A stretch of DNA of 64,000 bases from Methanotrichaceae archaeon. Its GTDB lineage: Archaea > Halobacteriota > Methanosarcinia > Methanotrichales > Methanotrichaceae. Below the pieces are notes generated by a model. The model was given only the letters and a program-made list of their open reading frames with translations. It was not told the origin of the DNA and did not search any database. This document shows positions 1 to 11,700 of the stretch, piece after piece (the first letter of the stretch is position 1; every line of letters begins with the position of its first letter). The DNA is taken from the NCBI GenBank assembly GCA_963813075.1, contig CAWEXU010000005.1:32001-96000 (forward strand). Reading direction: 5' to 3'. Made by a program: the position numbers and the translations under genes.

Positions 1-666
1 CTCCGGGACCAGGTACCAGTCCTCCAGGGATTCCGCCCTCTCCACCCCTTCTTCTTCCCCCATCCCTTCGCCCACCAGGCTCACATGGCTATAGCTCCGG
101 GCGAGGGCCAGGAGCTCCTGAGGGCTTTCCGCCAGATGAAGATCAATCAATTTATCCAGGCCGCGGGACTTCAGCCTCTGGAAGTCTTCGGCGCTGCTGG
201 CAGCCAAAGCCCTCTCCCTGACCCTTGAATCCGCCCTCTCCCGCAAAGGGCGGATGAAGCGAAGCTGCTCGTTTATGCCCAGGCCTTCTATCCTCCGGGC
301 TACCTCTATAGAGCGTGACGCATCAATGCGATTCACTTCTATCATCTCCCGGGAGGAGGTGGGAAAGAGGGTGCCGATCTTCAGCCGGGCGTACTCGGTA
401 TGGGCAAACCCGGCCAGCCTGGTGATCAGCAGGGAATAGATCCTGACTGCCTCATCGGTGGCCAGGAACTCGTCTGGAGAGACATTGAACTTCCGGGCGC
501 GGGCATGCTGGACCAGCTGCAGAGCCTGGCGTTCGCTAAGGGTCCTGCACAGGCCCGGCAGGTCGCCATCCTGCACCGCCTGCATGGCCTTCTCTTCATC
601 CCCATAATGCTCTCTGAGGCGCTCTCTTAATCGAGGCCCCACTCCCGGAAGATCCGCCAGTCTCAA
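1..666 (-). CDS. Archaeal MutS-like (MutS5-type) protein with N-terminal helix-hairpin-helix, 5' part only (runs off window)
   Basis: Manual translation from TTG at 666: MRLADLPGVGPRLRERLREHYGDEEKAMQAVQDGDL...RIYSLLITRLAGFAHTEYARLKIGTLFP; HhH LPGVG motif; not in ORF track because open at the edge. Confidence 0.65.
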   Translation of the reverse strand, partial: MRLADLPGVGPRLRERLREHYGDEEKAMQAVQDGDLPGLCRTLSERQALQLVQHARARKFNVSPDEFLATDEAVRIYSLLITRLAGFAHTEYARLKIGTLFPTSSREMIEVNRIDASRSIEVARRIEGLGINEQLRFIRPLRERADSRVRERALAASSAEDFQRLKSRGLDKLIDLHLAESPQELLALARSYSHVSLVGEGMGEEEGVERAESLEDWYLVPE

Positions 667-798
667 GCGCTCTCATTTTAACAGGAATATAATATATCTG
701 TTCCGCCAGGCAAAAGGCAGTATGGATCCGGATTGGCCGGCCAGGAGAAGGGCCTGGACGGAGAAGATTAATATTCCAGAGGCAGAGAGTCAATTTCT

Positions 799-1686
799 GT
801 GCTGCTTAATGAATTGCTAAATCTCGGCGAGGAGGAGAGCATCTTTTTGGCGGAAGAGTCCCTGCAGGATCTGCTCGACCTGCCCGTAACCCGACAGATA
901 ATGGATGAGGGAGTGGATTGGGATCGCTCCATCCAGCTGGAGAACATCGGCATTGCCCTTCATCTGTCCAGTTCTGAGGATTTCTGGCTGCTTCTGATAG
1001 ATCGGTATTCGGGGGAGAGAATTCTGATGGATGCTGCCGATCGGTTCAGATCGGAGGGAACAGTGAAGATCATGATCGATGAGGGTGCCTTTCTTTGCGC
1101 TCTTGTCGAGTACTATGCCAACTCGATGAAAGAAGAGCTGCTATGCGAGAGCTGCAACACGATGGATGAGCTGCAGTATTCCGAGGATCGAATAGCAAGG
1201 CTGGTCGATCTCTTGAAGCCCCACCTCTCCCCATCAGGAGATATGCCCATTCTGGAGATCTGCTGCGGCAACGGTCTGGCCACCCAGGCCCTCATTCGTC
1301 TGGGGTTGGCGCCTTTAGCCATGGACTCCGATCGCTGTGAGCTGTGTGTAGCCCTGAAGAAGGGGCTGATGGACCCTCAGAGGTCATTCGTTCTGGACGC
1401 CAGGCTCCTGCCCCGCTTTTTTTCCGGCAGGCCGTTTCAAACCGTGCTCGGTTTCATGGTGGGGCTGATCGATGACTCCAACTGGCCCCGATGGAGGGAG
1501 ATACTTCTTGCTGCCGCTTCGCTCGCTGAAAAGGAGCTGTTATTTACCGTCTACTCCCAAAAGGAGGCGGATCTCATCGCGAAGGAGATGGAGGGGGCAG
1601 GCTGGACGGGAAAAGTAATCGACAATCAAGACCCCCGGGGGATATACGACCAGTGGGTCTATAAGGGAAGTCGGGCAAAACATTAA
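799..1686 (+). CDS. Class I SAM-dependent methyltransferase-like protein
   Basis: 295-aa ORF with motif I-like ILEICCGNG and downstream acidic AMDSD. Confidence 0.65.
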   Translation: MLLNELLNLGEEESIFLAEESLQDLLDLPVTRQIMDEGVDWDRSIQLENIGIALHLSSSEDFWLLLIDRYSGERILMDAADRFRSEGTVKIMIDEGAFLCALVEYYANSMKEELLCESCNTMDELQYSEDRIARLVDLLKPHLSPSGDMPILEICCGNGLATQALIRLGLAPLAMDSDRCELCVALKKGLMDPQRSFVLDARLLPRFFSGRPFQTVLGFMVGLIDDSNWPRWREILLAAASLAEKELLFTVYSQKEADLIAKEMEGAGWTGKVIDNQDPRGIYDQWVYKGSRAKH

Positions 1687-1743
1687 AAGAATGATGGAAA
1701 GCTTAATCATCCATCCCATACCTCGGAAGATGTGGTGAGATTC

Positions 1744-1866
1744 TTGGCTGACTTTAAGAAGCGAAATGCGGAGAGAAAGGGCGGCAAAAAAGAAGAGATC
1801 AAAAGCAAGAAGCTCATGGAAGAGAACCTGGATGATTTAAGGGGCAGAGGGGAAGTAGAGAAATAG
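1744..1866 (+). CDS. Putative small charged protein (40 aa)
   Basis: Manual translation MADFKKRNAERKGGKKEEIKSKKLMEENLDDLRGRGEVEK from TTG, GGTGA-like RBS upstream; purine-rich coding-like composition. Confidence 0.4.
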   Translation: MADFKKRNAERKGGKKEEIKSKKLMEENLDDLRGRGEVEK

Positions 1867-2056
1867 GCTTCTCGAGGGATACTTTGGGCCGAATAGATCA
1901 ATGGTCCTCGAATCAAATTGTTGAATGCTGAAGTGATGGGATGCCTGAAATTGCCATCTCATCCCTTTCAAACAGCCGATCTGGAAAATGACTCTTTTGG
2001 ATATTGCAGCCAGATACAATTGGCGGGCTTATCCGGCTGCAAATGGCATTTGGCCA

Positions 2057-2449
2057 TTAAGGGGTAACGCTCAGGCTTCTGCTCAGCTCCTTGAGCTTTT
2101 CGATGCTCTCCTGGGTCTTGGCGGACTCTTTTAGCTTCTCATCCTCGAAATGCTTTATGATTTCGCCCAGGGATATGGTCAACCGGTAGACCTTCATCGG
2201 CCTCCCTTTGCCATCCTTTTTGATCTCCCTCTCCTCCACCCAGTTGTTATTGCGCAGAGTGCGCATGGCAATGCTCACCTCGGGCTGACGGAGATTGGAT
2301 CCGATCTCAATCTCTCTTGATGTGGCCTCCTCCACATTGGCCAGGTAGGTGATCATGCTGGCCACATTTCTGGGAATGCCAAGCTCGCGGAGCACCTCTA
2401 CGAACTCCCTGTCGGCATCATCCAAAACTTTCACCGAGAATTGTCTCAT
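2057..2449 (-). CDS. Archaeal winged-helix transcriptional regulator (ArsR/MarR-like)
   Basis: SREIEIGSNLRQPEVSIAMRTL HTH followed by GKGRPMKVYRL wing. Confidence 0.85.
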   Translation of the reverse strand: MRQFSVKVLDDADREFVEVLRELGIPRNVASMITYLANVEEATSREIEIGSNLRQPEVSIAMRTLRNNNWVEEREIKKDGKGRPMKVYRLTISLGEIIKHFEDEKLKESAKTQESIEKLKELSRSLSVTP

Positions 2450-2908
2450 AATGACCTCATTCTATTTTTGTATATAACAAATACCTTATGATATAAATAG
2501 TTTATTTCGAGGTGTGATATTCTTCTTGGATATAAGATTATACTATCGATATAAGTCTCTGCTGCCGTTGTCTCATCATAATCTGATATTATATCAAATA
2601 AATCATAGATGCATTTCTATGGTAATCGCATTGCATCGGCCAGAGGAGGGGCTATATGCAGCGCTGAAATGGTCGATAAACTAATGAAAGGAGATGAATA
2701 TCAGTGAGATTTCAATATTTATAATAACGCAATTTTAATTATGGTGCCATCATCTCCTGATGACATCCATAGTGGCAGATAGGTTGGATTGTCTTTCCCC
2801 TGCTATCCCGGTCTGCGCTCTGCCGATCAACACTTCTTCGCTTGATTGTCGATATCCGAAGAATAATAGAACGATGAGAAAATAGATATATCAGCGTTCC
2901 CTCCTCTT

Positions 2909-4250
2909 TTGCCCATGGAGACGAGGCTTGATCCCTGGGGTGCAGTTCATGTGGAAGATTACACCAAGCTCTTTGAGGAGTTTGGGATATCGAGCTTCGA
3001 TGATATCCTTCCCCAGCTTGAAAATCCACATCGCTACATGAGGCGCAGGATAATATTCGGCCACAGAAACTACGATGCTGTGCTGGCGGCCATGAAAAGT
3101 CATCGGCCTTTCGCCGTCATGAGCGGCTTTATGCCCACCGGCAGGGCGCACTTCGGCCATATGATGGTCATGAATGAGATCATCTGGCACCAGCAGCAGG
3201 GCGGGGACGCCTTCGCTGCAGTGGCTGATATGGAGGCCCATGCGGTGCGGGGCATAAGCTGGGCGAAATGCAGAGAATTCGGCATCGAGGAGTATATCCT
3301 CAGCCTCATCGCCCTGGGCTTTGAGCCCAAAGAGAACAGCCACATCTATTTTCAGTCCAGCAATTATGATGTTCGAAACCTGGCCTTTGAGCTGGGGATA
3401 GAGGCCAACTTCTCCGAGGTCAGCGCCATCTATGGCTTCAGCGGAGAGACCTGCATCTCGCACATGGAGAGTGTGATGGCCCAGAGCGCCGATATCCTCC
3501 ATCCGCAGCTGGAGAAATATGGCGGGCCAAAGCCGGTGGTGATACCGGTGGGCGCAGATCAGGACCCTCATATCAAGCTCACCCGTGACCTCGCTTACCG
3601 CATGAGGAGGTTTCTGGTGGAGAGGAGAGGGGAGTACATAAGCATCCGGGGCAAGGCCGCCAGCCAGGAGTTGATGCAGGCGGCTGAATCGGCATTGCGG
3701 GAGACGGGACTGGGACAGGTCAAAAGGTACGAGGAGCATATCGACCTTGTCGACCTCCAGCTGAGAGAGGGCCGGAGCATCGATCAGGCCCAGGAGGAGG
3801 TCGAGGAGCTGATTATAATGCTCGAGACGAGAGCATGGCGAGTACGGTTTTATCCCTCCTGCCTCCATTTACCACCGCTTCATGACCGGCCTTACCGGGG
3901 GGAAGATGTCCTCCTCCAAGCCGGACAGCTACATCGCTCTGACTGAAGACCCCAAAGAGGCGGCAAAGAAGGTCATGAGGGCGATCACCGGCGGCAGGCA
4001 GAGCCTGGCCGAGCAGAAGAAGCTGGGAGGAGAGCCGGATAAGTGCTCCGTCTACGAGTTCCTCCTTTTCCATCTATCCGAGGACGATAAAGAGCTTTTA
4101 GAGCTGGACGCGGAATGCCGCAGCGGCAGGAGGATGTGCGGCACATGCAAAAAAGATGTGGCCGAGAGGATAGAGAGGTTCCTCTGCCAGCACCAGCAGG
4201 CCCGGGAAGCGGCGCGGGAGAGGCTGCCGGAGTTTGGAATAAAGCTCTAA
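2909..4250 (+). CDS. trpS: Tryptophan--tRNA ligase (frameshift near 3830)
   Basis: LDPWG N-terminus, HFGH (HIGH-like), [14 protein letters not shown] in second frame; frames join as ...[25 protein letters not shown]. Confidence 0.95.
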
Positions 4251-4753
4251 ATCTCCCTTTCCTCCAGGCTTATCCATTCCCCGATTACCAGACCGTGGCC
4301 GGATTGGCTCGCAGGCGGATGTACTGATCTTTGCAATGCACCCCAATTGCCGGGATAAAATTTTTGGCGGTAGCACTCTCCAGCGCCAAAAGAACCTTCT
4401 CATCCAGGGACCTGATTCTGCCCCGATCATGAATCCCACCGTTCAGAAATACCCCGGTGACTATGTCCGATCCGCTATCATAGCTGCTCTTTCTAATATC
4501 TGTGATCATCAGCAGGGTCATGGCACGCTGGCTCCAATCTCGATGAATGCCCTGTTTTCAGAAGAGGAGTCCGGCCCTGGCAGAGGCCGGAGACCGACGA
4601 CAGGTGGACGACGGTAAAGGAGGTCAACCAGCTTTCTGTCGCTGTATTTCTAATAGGGATATTACTAGTTAATAAGACTGTTGCTTTATGTAGCAATAAA
4701 ACCTGTTTTGATGATTCGGCCCCGAGAGATGCTGCAGGCGGCAAGAGGCCGCC

Positions 4754-6958
4754 TCATAAATTCAGCTCGATGGTCCTGCCCTGTAGGACATCCTCTTCAC
4801 TTATCTCGACATTCTGAATCTTAACCCCGTTCTCATTGCCCGAGAACACGAGATAAGGATCTACTGCACGGGTATCATATCTCTTCTCTGTGGAATAAGG
4901 AACCCTTACCTCAAAAGCATCTCCAATCCGTTTGGCCTGGTTGACGTAGATAAAATCCCTTTCCATATTGGAGGTCATATTGAGCAGCACTCCTGCATTC
5001 TGATCCGGATCGGTATGGATCCTCAGCAATGCCCCGGGAACATACTGGAAGATCTTGATCTCGCTTTTTCCCGGGTTGCCACCCCGGATGGTGCTCGACT
5101 CGTATATCAGCCGGAAGCGGCCCATGCCGGTGCCGTCGACCAGGTAGAGACTGCCTAATGTGGTGTTGAAGAACCTCTCTTTGGGTATAAGGGAGACCTC
5201 GCTGCCGTAATCCTCCCGCACCATGTAGCTATTGACATCCTCATTCGCCCACTCCGCCAGGGAGGCCAGCTTGCCGTAGACGATGCTGTAATCGGTGAAA
5301 ACGTACTTAGCGCCTCTGGAATCCATGATCTCCGCCGCTTCCGTCTCATTCTCCGCCAGGTAAAACCGCACTGCATCCTCTGCCCCGGCCTGGAAGTTGT
5401 TGGCCACCACCGGCCTATTAGCCAAATAGAGAATCCAGTTGCCATAGTCCCACCAGTTCATCACGCTGTACTCCGGGACTTCTCTCGGATCGTCATAGAA
5501 GCTGGTAGGTTCGCTGTTCTCTTTCAGCCAGGATATCGAGCTATTCCAGTCGCCTGCTATCGCCGGCGGGGTATTCAGGGCAAAGGAAAAGCCATCAATT
5601 GCCGTTGGCAGGACGAGGAGAAGGATAATAGCTGCAGCCAGTGCCCGGGGTACCTTTTCTCCTTTCTCCTCCTGAATCTTCCCGAATATGTCCAGGGCAT
5701 AAAATATCAGGATGCTTATCAGTGCACCCATGTATATCGTGGATATATAGAGGAATCTGGACTGGCCCAGGGTGAGAAGGATGGAGTAGACCGCCCACAT
5801 CAGGAAGAGCAAGAGAGCCGGCTTTTCTTTCCACCCTCCCTTTCGCAAATAGTCTATGGTGACAATAGCTGCGGCCAGGGCTAACAGGATATTCAATCCC
5901 TGCCAGGAGAAGAAAACCTCGAACAGTGTCTTCATATCAAAGATCAGAGGTTGGGCCTCACCAATCCTGCCGATCATCTCCCCGCCCCAGATGTACCCAA
6001 ACCCCGTCCGGATCAGGCTCTCCAGTCCAAATAATCCTCCCATTGGCTTTAGCAGGAGCAGAAAGAGAAGCGATATGGAGAGGATGCCCAGGGGGAATGC
6101 CTTCCAGGATATGTTCCTCTTCTCGATGATCTGCGCCAAGGCCAGCATGATCGCTATGGAAATGGATATGGCTGCCAGGCCCAGGAAGGAGGGGGACATC
6201 CAGGGCGTGCTCCTGTAAGGCAAGACAAGGATCAGGGCGAGGAGAAATGCCACAAGCAGCGTGGGGGCGAGGGTCATGGACGATCTATTCTCCCGCAGCT
6301 CCAGGCTAATTGCCACTGCTGCAATAAGCAGATAAGCTCCATAGTAGACGTCTGCGCCCTGCCAGGTATAGGCCAGGGCGGCCAGAGCCACTCCTGCCGC
6401 AGAGGCGTAGAGCCACTTCTTCTCCGGCCGGCTGATGGACCGGATGATGAAAAGTAGGGAGACCAGCTGGAGAAGCACCTCTAAAGAGTGATGGTCCGTT
6501 GCCGCGACCATGGTATAAAGGAGATAGTAGGGGGCAAGAGCCGCCATGAAGCTGGCCAGGAGGGCAACCCTATGGTCGAAGAGCTCACGCATCATATAGT
6601 AGACCACAACCATCGCCAGAAGGCCGATGATCACCGGCACGTAGGCCGCCGTCATCTCCACCCCCTCTTTGCTGTGCTGGCCCAAAGCCAGACATAGGGC
6701 GGCAGAGATCTGGTCGAAGAGAGGCGGCCAGCTTATGGACAGTCCATGGGGGTAGTTGAGGTAGGAGTCAAACCAGAGCACATCGGGGAAATTGGCCACT
6801 CCATACAGTATCCTGCGCATATGATAGTATTCATCATATCCCGGAAACAGTATGCCCTGTTCAGTGAGTGACCTCCTCCCGGCAAACAGCTTCAGCAATA
6901 AGCCGAAAACAAGAACTGCAACGAGTTCAGCCGGCTCGCTTCTCTTCCCCTGGTCCAT
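4754..6958 (-). CDS. aglB: Oligosaccharyltransferase AglB (STT3 family)
   Basis: Multi-TM N-terminus with DEYYHMRR and DHH; WWDYG motif; DYSIVYGK DK motif. Confidence 0.93.
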   Translation of the reverse strand: MDQGKRSEPAELVAVLVFGLLLKLFAGRRSLTEQGILFPGYDEYYHMRRILYGVANFPDVLWFDSYLNYPHGLSISWPPLFDQISAALCLALGQHSKEGVEMTAAYVPVIIGLLAMVVVYYMMRELFDHRVALLASFMAALAPYYLLYTMVAATDHHSLEVLLQLVSLLFIIRSISRPEKKWLYASAAGVALAALAYTWQGADVYYGAYLLIAAVAISLELRENRSSMTLAPTLLVAFLLALILVLPYRSTPWMSPSFLGLAAISISIAIMLALAQIIEKRNISWKAFPLGILSISLLFLLLLKPMGGLFGLESLIRTGFGYIWGGEMIGRIGEAQPLIFDMKTLFEVFFSWQGLNILLALAAAIVTIDYLRKGGWKEKPALLLFLMWAVYSILLTLGQSRFLYISTIYMGALISILIFYALDIFGKIQEEKGEKVPRALAAAIILLLVLPTAIDGFSFALNTPPAIAGDWNSSISWLKENSEPTSFYDDPREVPEYSVMNWWDYGNWILYLANRPVVANNFQAGAEDAVRFYLAENETEAAEIMDSRGAKYVFTDYSIVYGKLASLAEWANEDVNSYMVREDYGSEVSLIPKERFFNTTLGSLYLVDGTGMGRFRLIYESSTIRGGNPGKSEIKIFQYVPGALLRIHTDPDQNAGVLLNMTSNMERDFIYVNQAKRIGDAFEVRVPYSTEKRYDTRAVDPYLVFSGNENGVKIQNVEISEEDVLQGRTIELNL

Positions 6959-7040
6959 GGCTCAGAGAATCGATATTAGATGATATAAAGCCTTTGAGTA
7001 ATAATTAAAAAGAAAAATCGCAGCAGTCACCCTATTCCTA

Positions 7041-7742
7041 TCAAAAAATAATTGGAACGACCAGTGGATGCTCATCGATCCCCGGCCCATTCCCAAACAT
7101 CCGGGGCTCATCGCAAAAGCCATCGGAGTTGGTATCATTGCAGCCCTCGCCGGGCTCGTCGAAGTCGCTGTAATGATTTCCCATGAGCTTTGCACCCTTC
7201 AATAATCCCAGGAGGCCCCCTTCTTTCATCTCCATGCTCCAGCGGTTGCCGCCAGTATCATTGGCTGAGACCCTGTTCTCCAGGAAGTCGTTGGAATAGA
7301 GGGTATTGTTCGTCGCTCCCTCTTCGATGTAAATGCCATACCGGTTTTTATAGAGGATATTATTCTGGATGATGTTATGGGAGGAGTCCACCAATATCCC
7401 GGCATTGCCGCATCCGCATCCACCGGAGCCGGTCAGATTGAAGCCCTCTATCCGGGTTGCATTGGCCCGCAATGTGATGGCACTTGAGGATTTGTTGGCG
7501 TCCACCACCGGGCGTCCGCTGCCGGTATCAACGCCGATCAGAGCTACGGAATGCAGAACCTGGACATGCTCCACATATTCTCCGCTTTGCACTTCAATAA
7601 TATCTCCATCGCTGGCATTATTCAAAGCCTGCTGAATTGTGCTGTAGTCTGCACCCTCAGGGGCCACAGTGATTTTAGCGGCCGTTGCAAATCCTATGAT
7701 CAGAATTAAGATTAGGATCATTATTATTGAACGCGCATGCAT
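7041..7742 (-). CDS. Secreted parallel beta-helix (NosD/CASH-like) surface protein
   Basis: Signal peptide, YSTIQQALNNA..GDIIEVQSGEY, Asn-rich PbH repeats, GNHYSD..GFCD C-terminus. Confidence 0.85.
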   Translation of the reverse strand: MHARSIIMILILILIIGFATAAKITVAPEGADYSTIQQALNNASDGDIIEVQSGEYVEHVQVLHSVALIGVDTGSGRPVVDANKSSSAITLRANATRIEGFNLTGSGGCGCGNAGILVDSSHNIIQNNILYKNRYGIYIEEGATNNTLYSNDFLENRVSANDTGGNRWSMEMKEGGLLGLLKGAKLMGNHYSDFDEPGEGCNDTNSDGFCDEPRMFGNGPGIDEHPLVVPIIF

Positions 7743-7846
7743 AATGCCTCATAGTCTCTATTTTCCTATTAGAACTTTTTCGTTAAAGATGACTTCCGAT
7801 CCAGAAGGATGATGACTTAAACCATGAGATGAAATAAGGCCGCCAG

Positions 7847-8233
7847 GTGGAGAAAATGTCCGATTGCATAAGATGCCAGAAATGCGGCAAAAGTGTCCCG
7901 GAGGATGAGGTCTTCGCGACAGGAGGCAAGACCTTCTGCGAGGACTGCTACATCGATGTCAACAACCGGATCCGGGTCTGCGATCCCTGGGGCGAGAGGT
8001 CGAAGAAGATTTATCGGGAGAGCCACGGCCTGGAGGGGACGGATGGTCTGACCGATCAGCAAAAGGAGATCTATGAGTACATTCAATCCCAGGGCAAGGC
8101 CACCATGGCTGAGATCGGGAAGAGGTTCAACCTATCGGAAGCCGATCTGAACAACCAGTTCGCCATCCTCCGGCACTGCCAGCTGCTGAAGGGAAGAAAA
8201 GATGGAGATGTCGTCTATATTGTGCCCTGGTAA
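7847..8233 (+). CDS. Hypothetical protein with CxxC...CxxC zinc finger and C-terminal winged helix
   Basis: CQKC and CEDC pairs; LTDQQKEIYEYIQSQGKATMAEIGKRFNLS HTH-like segment. Confidence 0.7.
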   Translation: MEKMSDCIRCQKCGKSVPEDEVFATGGKTFCEDCYIDVNNRIRVCDPWGERSKKIYRESHGLEGTDGLTDQQKEIYEYIQSQGKATMAEIGKRFNLSEADLNNQFAILRHCQLLKGRKDGDVVYIVPW

Positions 8234-8266
8234 GCCCGGGCGGCACTCTGCCTTTTATATTTTATA

Positions 8267-8743
8267 TTATTGCAGATAGTTCTCAATGCTGGTCAGCTTC
8301 TCCGCATCGCTCTTGCTGATGCTGGCATCCACCACCACCCTCTCCTGGACCTCGATGGGCGCCTTCGCCCGCAGGGCTAAAGCCAGGCAGTCGCTGGGCC
8401 GGGCATCGATCTCATTCTGGCGGCCCTCGCTCCTGATGGTCAGCCGGGCATAATAGATTCCTCCATCCAGATCATCTATCAGCACATTGGTGATGCTGGC
8501 AGACAGGCATTCCAGGACGGAGATGAACAGATCATGGGTCATGGGCCGGGGAGCCAGCTCTCCGGACAGGGCATGATGGATGGAAATGGCCTCGGATAGC
8601 CCCACGAATATGGGCACAATCCTTCCCATCTCATCCTCCAGGAGGACCACCGGAGCGGGATTGTTTCCCTCAGACTCCGCTATGTATACCCCCTTGACCC
8701 TGACCGGGACTGGCGTGTTCATGCCATCATCATGGTCGTTCAT
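8267..8743 (-). CDS. Bifunctional nuclease family protein (DUF151)
   Basis: PIFVGLSEA, RPMTHDL, IDARPSDCLALALR motifs. Confidence 0.92.
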   Translation of the reverse strand: MNDHDDGMNTPVPVRVKGVYIAESEGNNPAPVVLLEDEMGRIVPIFVGLSEAISIHHALSGELAPRPMTHDLFISVLECLSASITNVLIDDLDGGIYYARLTIRSEGRQNEIDARPSDCLALALRAKAPIEVQERVVVDASISKSDAEKLTSIENYLQ

Positions 8744-8771
8744 CTTATAAAACTCCGGCGATCAAAATCCA

Positions 8772-11700
8772 TTACGCCCTATCTATGCCGATGCGCATGC
8801 AAACGCCCTCGACATCCCAGTCCTTGACCATTAAGCCCTGTATCTGCAGCCCCAGCCCCATCTTGAACTCCGCCGCTCGAACCTCCCCTGCGATGTGCTC
8901 TTTTCTTCCAACCACCAGATCGAGAATGGGCTTGCTCTCGATATCCACCACCGCTCTGATCTGGTCTTCCACCCGCAGATCCAGCTCCTTTCTCATGTCC
9001 TGAATGCGCCTGATGATCTCCCGCGCATAGGCCTCAGCCTCCAGCTCCGGGGTGAGGGTGATGTCCACATAGACGAATCCGCGGGAGAACTCCGCTGCCG
9101 GCAGGTTCTCCGGAGGAATCTCCCGGAACTGCACCATCTCGGTGGTGATATTGAACTCCCGGCCCTGATGCCTTAAGACCGCCTGGCCGTCCCGGTCCAG
9201 ATCGGCCTTAACTGCTGCGGGCTCAGCGGCTGCTATCGCTTCCACCACCAGCTTTGCCTCCCCCTTGTAGACCGGCCCGATCTTCTTATGAACGGGAGAC
9301 ATCTCCAGGTCCATCCTGGGCTTCTCACCAATAGAGAGGACAGTTATCTTCTTGGAGTTGGTCTGTCCCCGGAGGACGTCCTCCAGGCCTCCCAGGTCCA
9401 CCGTCTCTTTGGAAGGAGCGATCACGATCTCCGATACCGGCCAGCGAAGCTTTCTCCCGCCCTTCTGCCGGGCATTGGAGGCGGCCATTGAGACCTCCCT
9501 TACCAGATCCATGCTCTCCTCCAGGCCCAAGTCTATCCACTCTTTATCTGCTCGCGGCCAGTCGCACATATGGACCGACTCCGTGGCATTCTCGTCCAGC
9601 CCCCGCACCAGGTTCTGGTAGATGGACTCGGATATGAAGGGGGTGAACGGGGCCATAAGCCTGGCCAGCTTCACCAAAACCTCATAGATGGTGGCATAAG
9701 CGGCAAGCTTGGCCGGATCATCCTGCTCAATCCAGGTGCGAGGCCGGACCAGCTGGATGTACCAGCGGCTGAGGTCCTCCAAGATGAAGTCGGATATGGA
9801 GCGGACGATCCGGTGCAGCTGATAGCCCTCCATCTCTGCGGTGATCTCCTCTGCCAGGCTGTTCACCCGGGAGAGTATCCAGCGGTCTTCCGGGCGCAGG
9901 CTGCTCGTATAGAGGGAAAGATCCGCCTTCTTCAGGTCGAAGTCGTCCAGGACCATATAGGGCAGAGCAAAGCGATAAGCATTCCAGAAGATATTGATCA
10001 TCCGGCTGGTGTTCTCGATAGCCTCCCAGGAGAAGTGCAGATCCTCCCAGGGGGCATTGGCTCCCAGGACATAGGTGCGCAGTATATCGGCACCGAACTT
10101 CTCCACCACCTCCTCCGGCTGGACGATGTTCCCTATGCTCTTGGACATCTTCCGTCCCTGGTCGTCCAGGGTGAAGCCATGCATGAGAACGCTCTTGTAG
10201 GGTGCCCGGCCAAAGGAGACCATTGATGCTCCCAGCTGGGAATAAAACCACCCACGGGTCTGGTCGTGCCCCTCGGTGATGAAATCCGCCGGCCACCATT
10301 CATTAAACTCCTCCTCGTGACTGGGGAAACGGAGGGTGGCCCAGGAGGCCACTGCGCTGTCAAACCATACATCGAAGACATCCGGTGAGCGCACCATCTT
10401 CCCGCCGCAGGGGCAGTCCAGCATAATAGCATCCACATCCGGCCGGTGCAGGTCGACCAGCTTTTGACCAGACCTCTCCTCCAGCTCCGAGGCGGTGCCT
10501 ATGACCTCCATATGGCCGCAGTCAGGACAGGTCCAGATGGGCAGGGGGATTCCCCAGTACCTCTGCCTGGAGATGCACCAGTCTCGGGCATTGCTAATCC
10601 AGTCGGCAAACCTGGCTGAGCCCGCCCACTCCGGATACCATGTCACCCGGGAGATCTCTTCTAACATCTTATCGCGGAGATCGGATATCCGCAGGAACCA
10701 CTGGCTGGTGGCGATGAAGATGATGGGGGTCTTGCAGCGCCAGCAGTGGCCGTAGCGGTGGGCGAGCCTCCCCTGGGCCAGGAGCTTACCTCGCTCCTCC
10801 AGATCATTGATGACGTTGCTGTCCGCCTCCTTGACATACTGGCCCTGGTATTTCTCCCCCGCCTCGGCGGTGTACCGCCCGTCCCCGCCCACCGGGCAGA
10901 ATATCTCCAGGTGGTGGTCCAGCCCAAGCTCATAGTCCTCAAGGCCGTGCCCAGGTGCGATATGCACGCATCCGGTGTTCTCTCTGGCGACGAAGTCCGC
11001 GGCATAAACGCCATGCTCGATCTCCCTTTGCCTGGGAACCAGGTCGATCAGAGGGTGCTCGTACTTCAGGTTCTGCATCTCTTTGGCCGAAAGGTCCTGC
11101 AAAAGCTCATAGTCCTGGTAGCGGCCCGTCTTGAGGACGGAGTCCACCAGCTCCGAGGCCATGATCAGGATCTCGGATTTGCCGTCCTTCCAGGCCCTGA
11201 CCCGGGAGTACTGGAAAGCGGGATTGACCGCCACTGCCACATTGGCGGGAATGGTCCAGGGGGTGGTGGTCCAGATCACTATGTAGGTGTTCTCCTCCCC
11301 CTTCACTGGAAATTTGACGTAGATCGAGTAGTCGGTCTCATCCCAGTACTCTACCTCCGAGTCGGCGATGGCCGTCTGGCAGCGGGGGCACCAGTTGACC
11401 ACCCTTGAGCCCCTCTCCAGGAGGTTATTCTCGTGGGCCTTCTTCAGCGTCCACCAGGCTGCCTCCAGATACTCGTTCTTCAGGGTCATGTAGGGGTCGT
11501 CCCAGTCCAGCCAGGCCCCCAGGATCTTGAATTGGGCGGTCATGTCATCCTTCTGACGGAGGGCGAACTCCTTGCACCTCTGGATGAACTTGTCCACCCC
11601 ATAGGCCTCGATATCCTTCTTGTTGCGGAATCCGAAGGACTCCTCCACCTTCACCTCAATGGGCAGGCCGTGCATATCCCATCCCGCCCGGTCCTTGACC

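Noticed and set aside
2909..4250. Programmed frameshifting or pseudogenisation of trpS, cfbD and others
   Set aside because: No shared slippery motif, and the breaks are scattered over many unrelated genes; sequencing error is more parsimonious.
4251..4750. Short overlapping ORFs and a CCGGCC/GGCCGG hairpin between trpS and aglB
   Set aside because: No recognisable motifs or consistent RBS; a single hairpin is insufficient to call an ncRNA.
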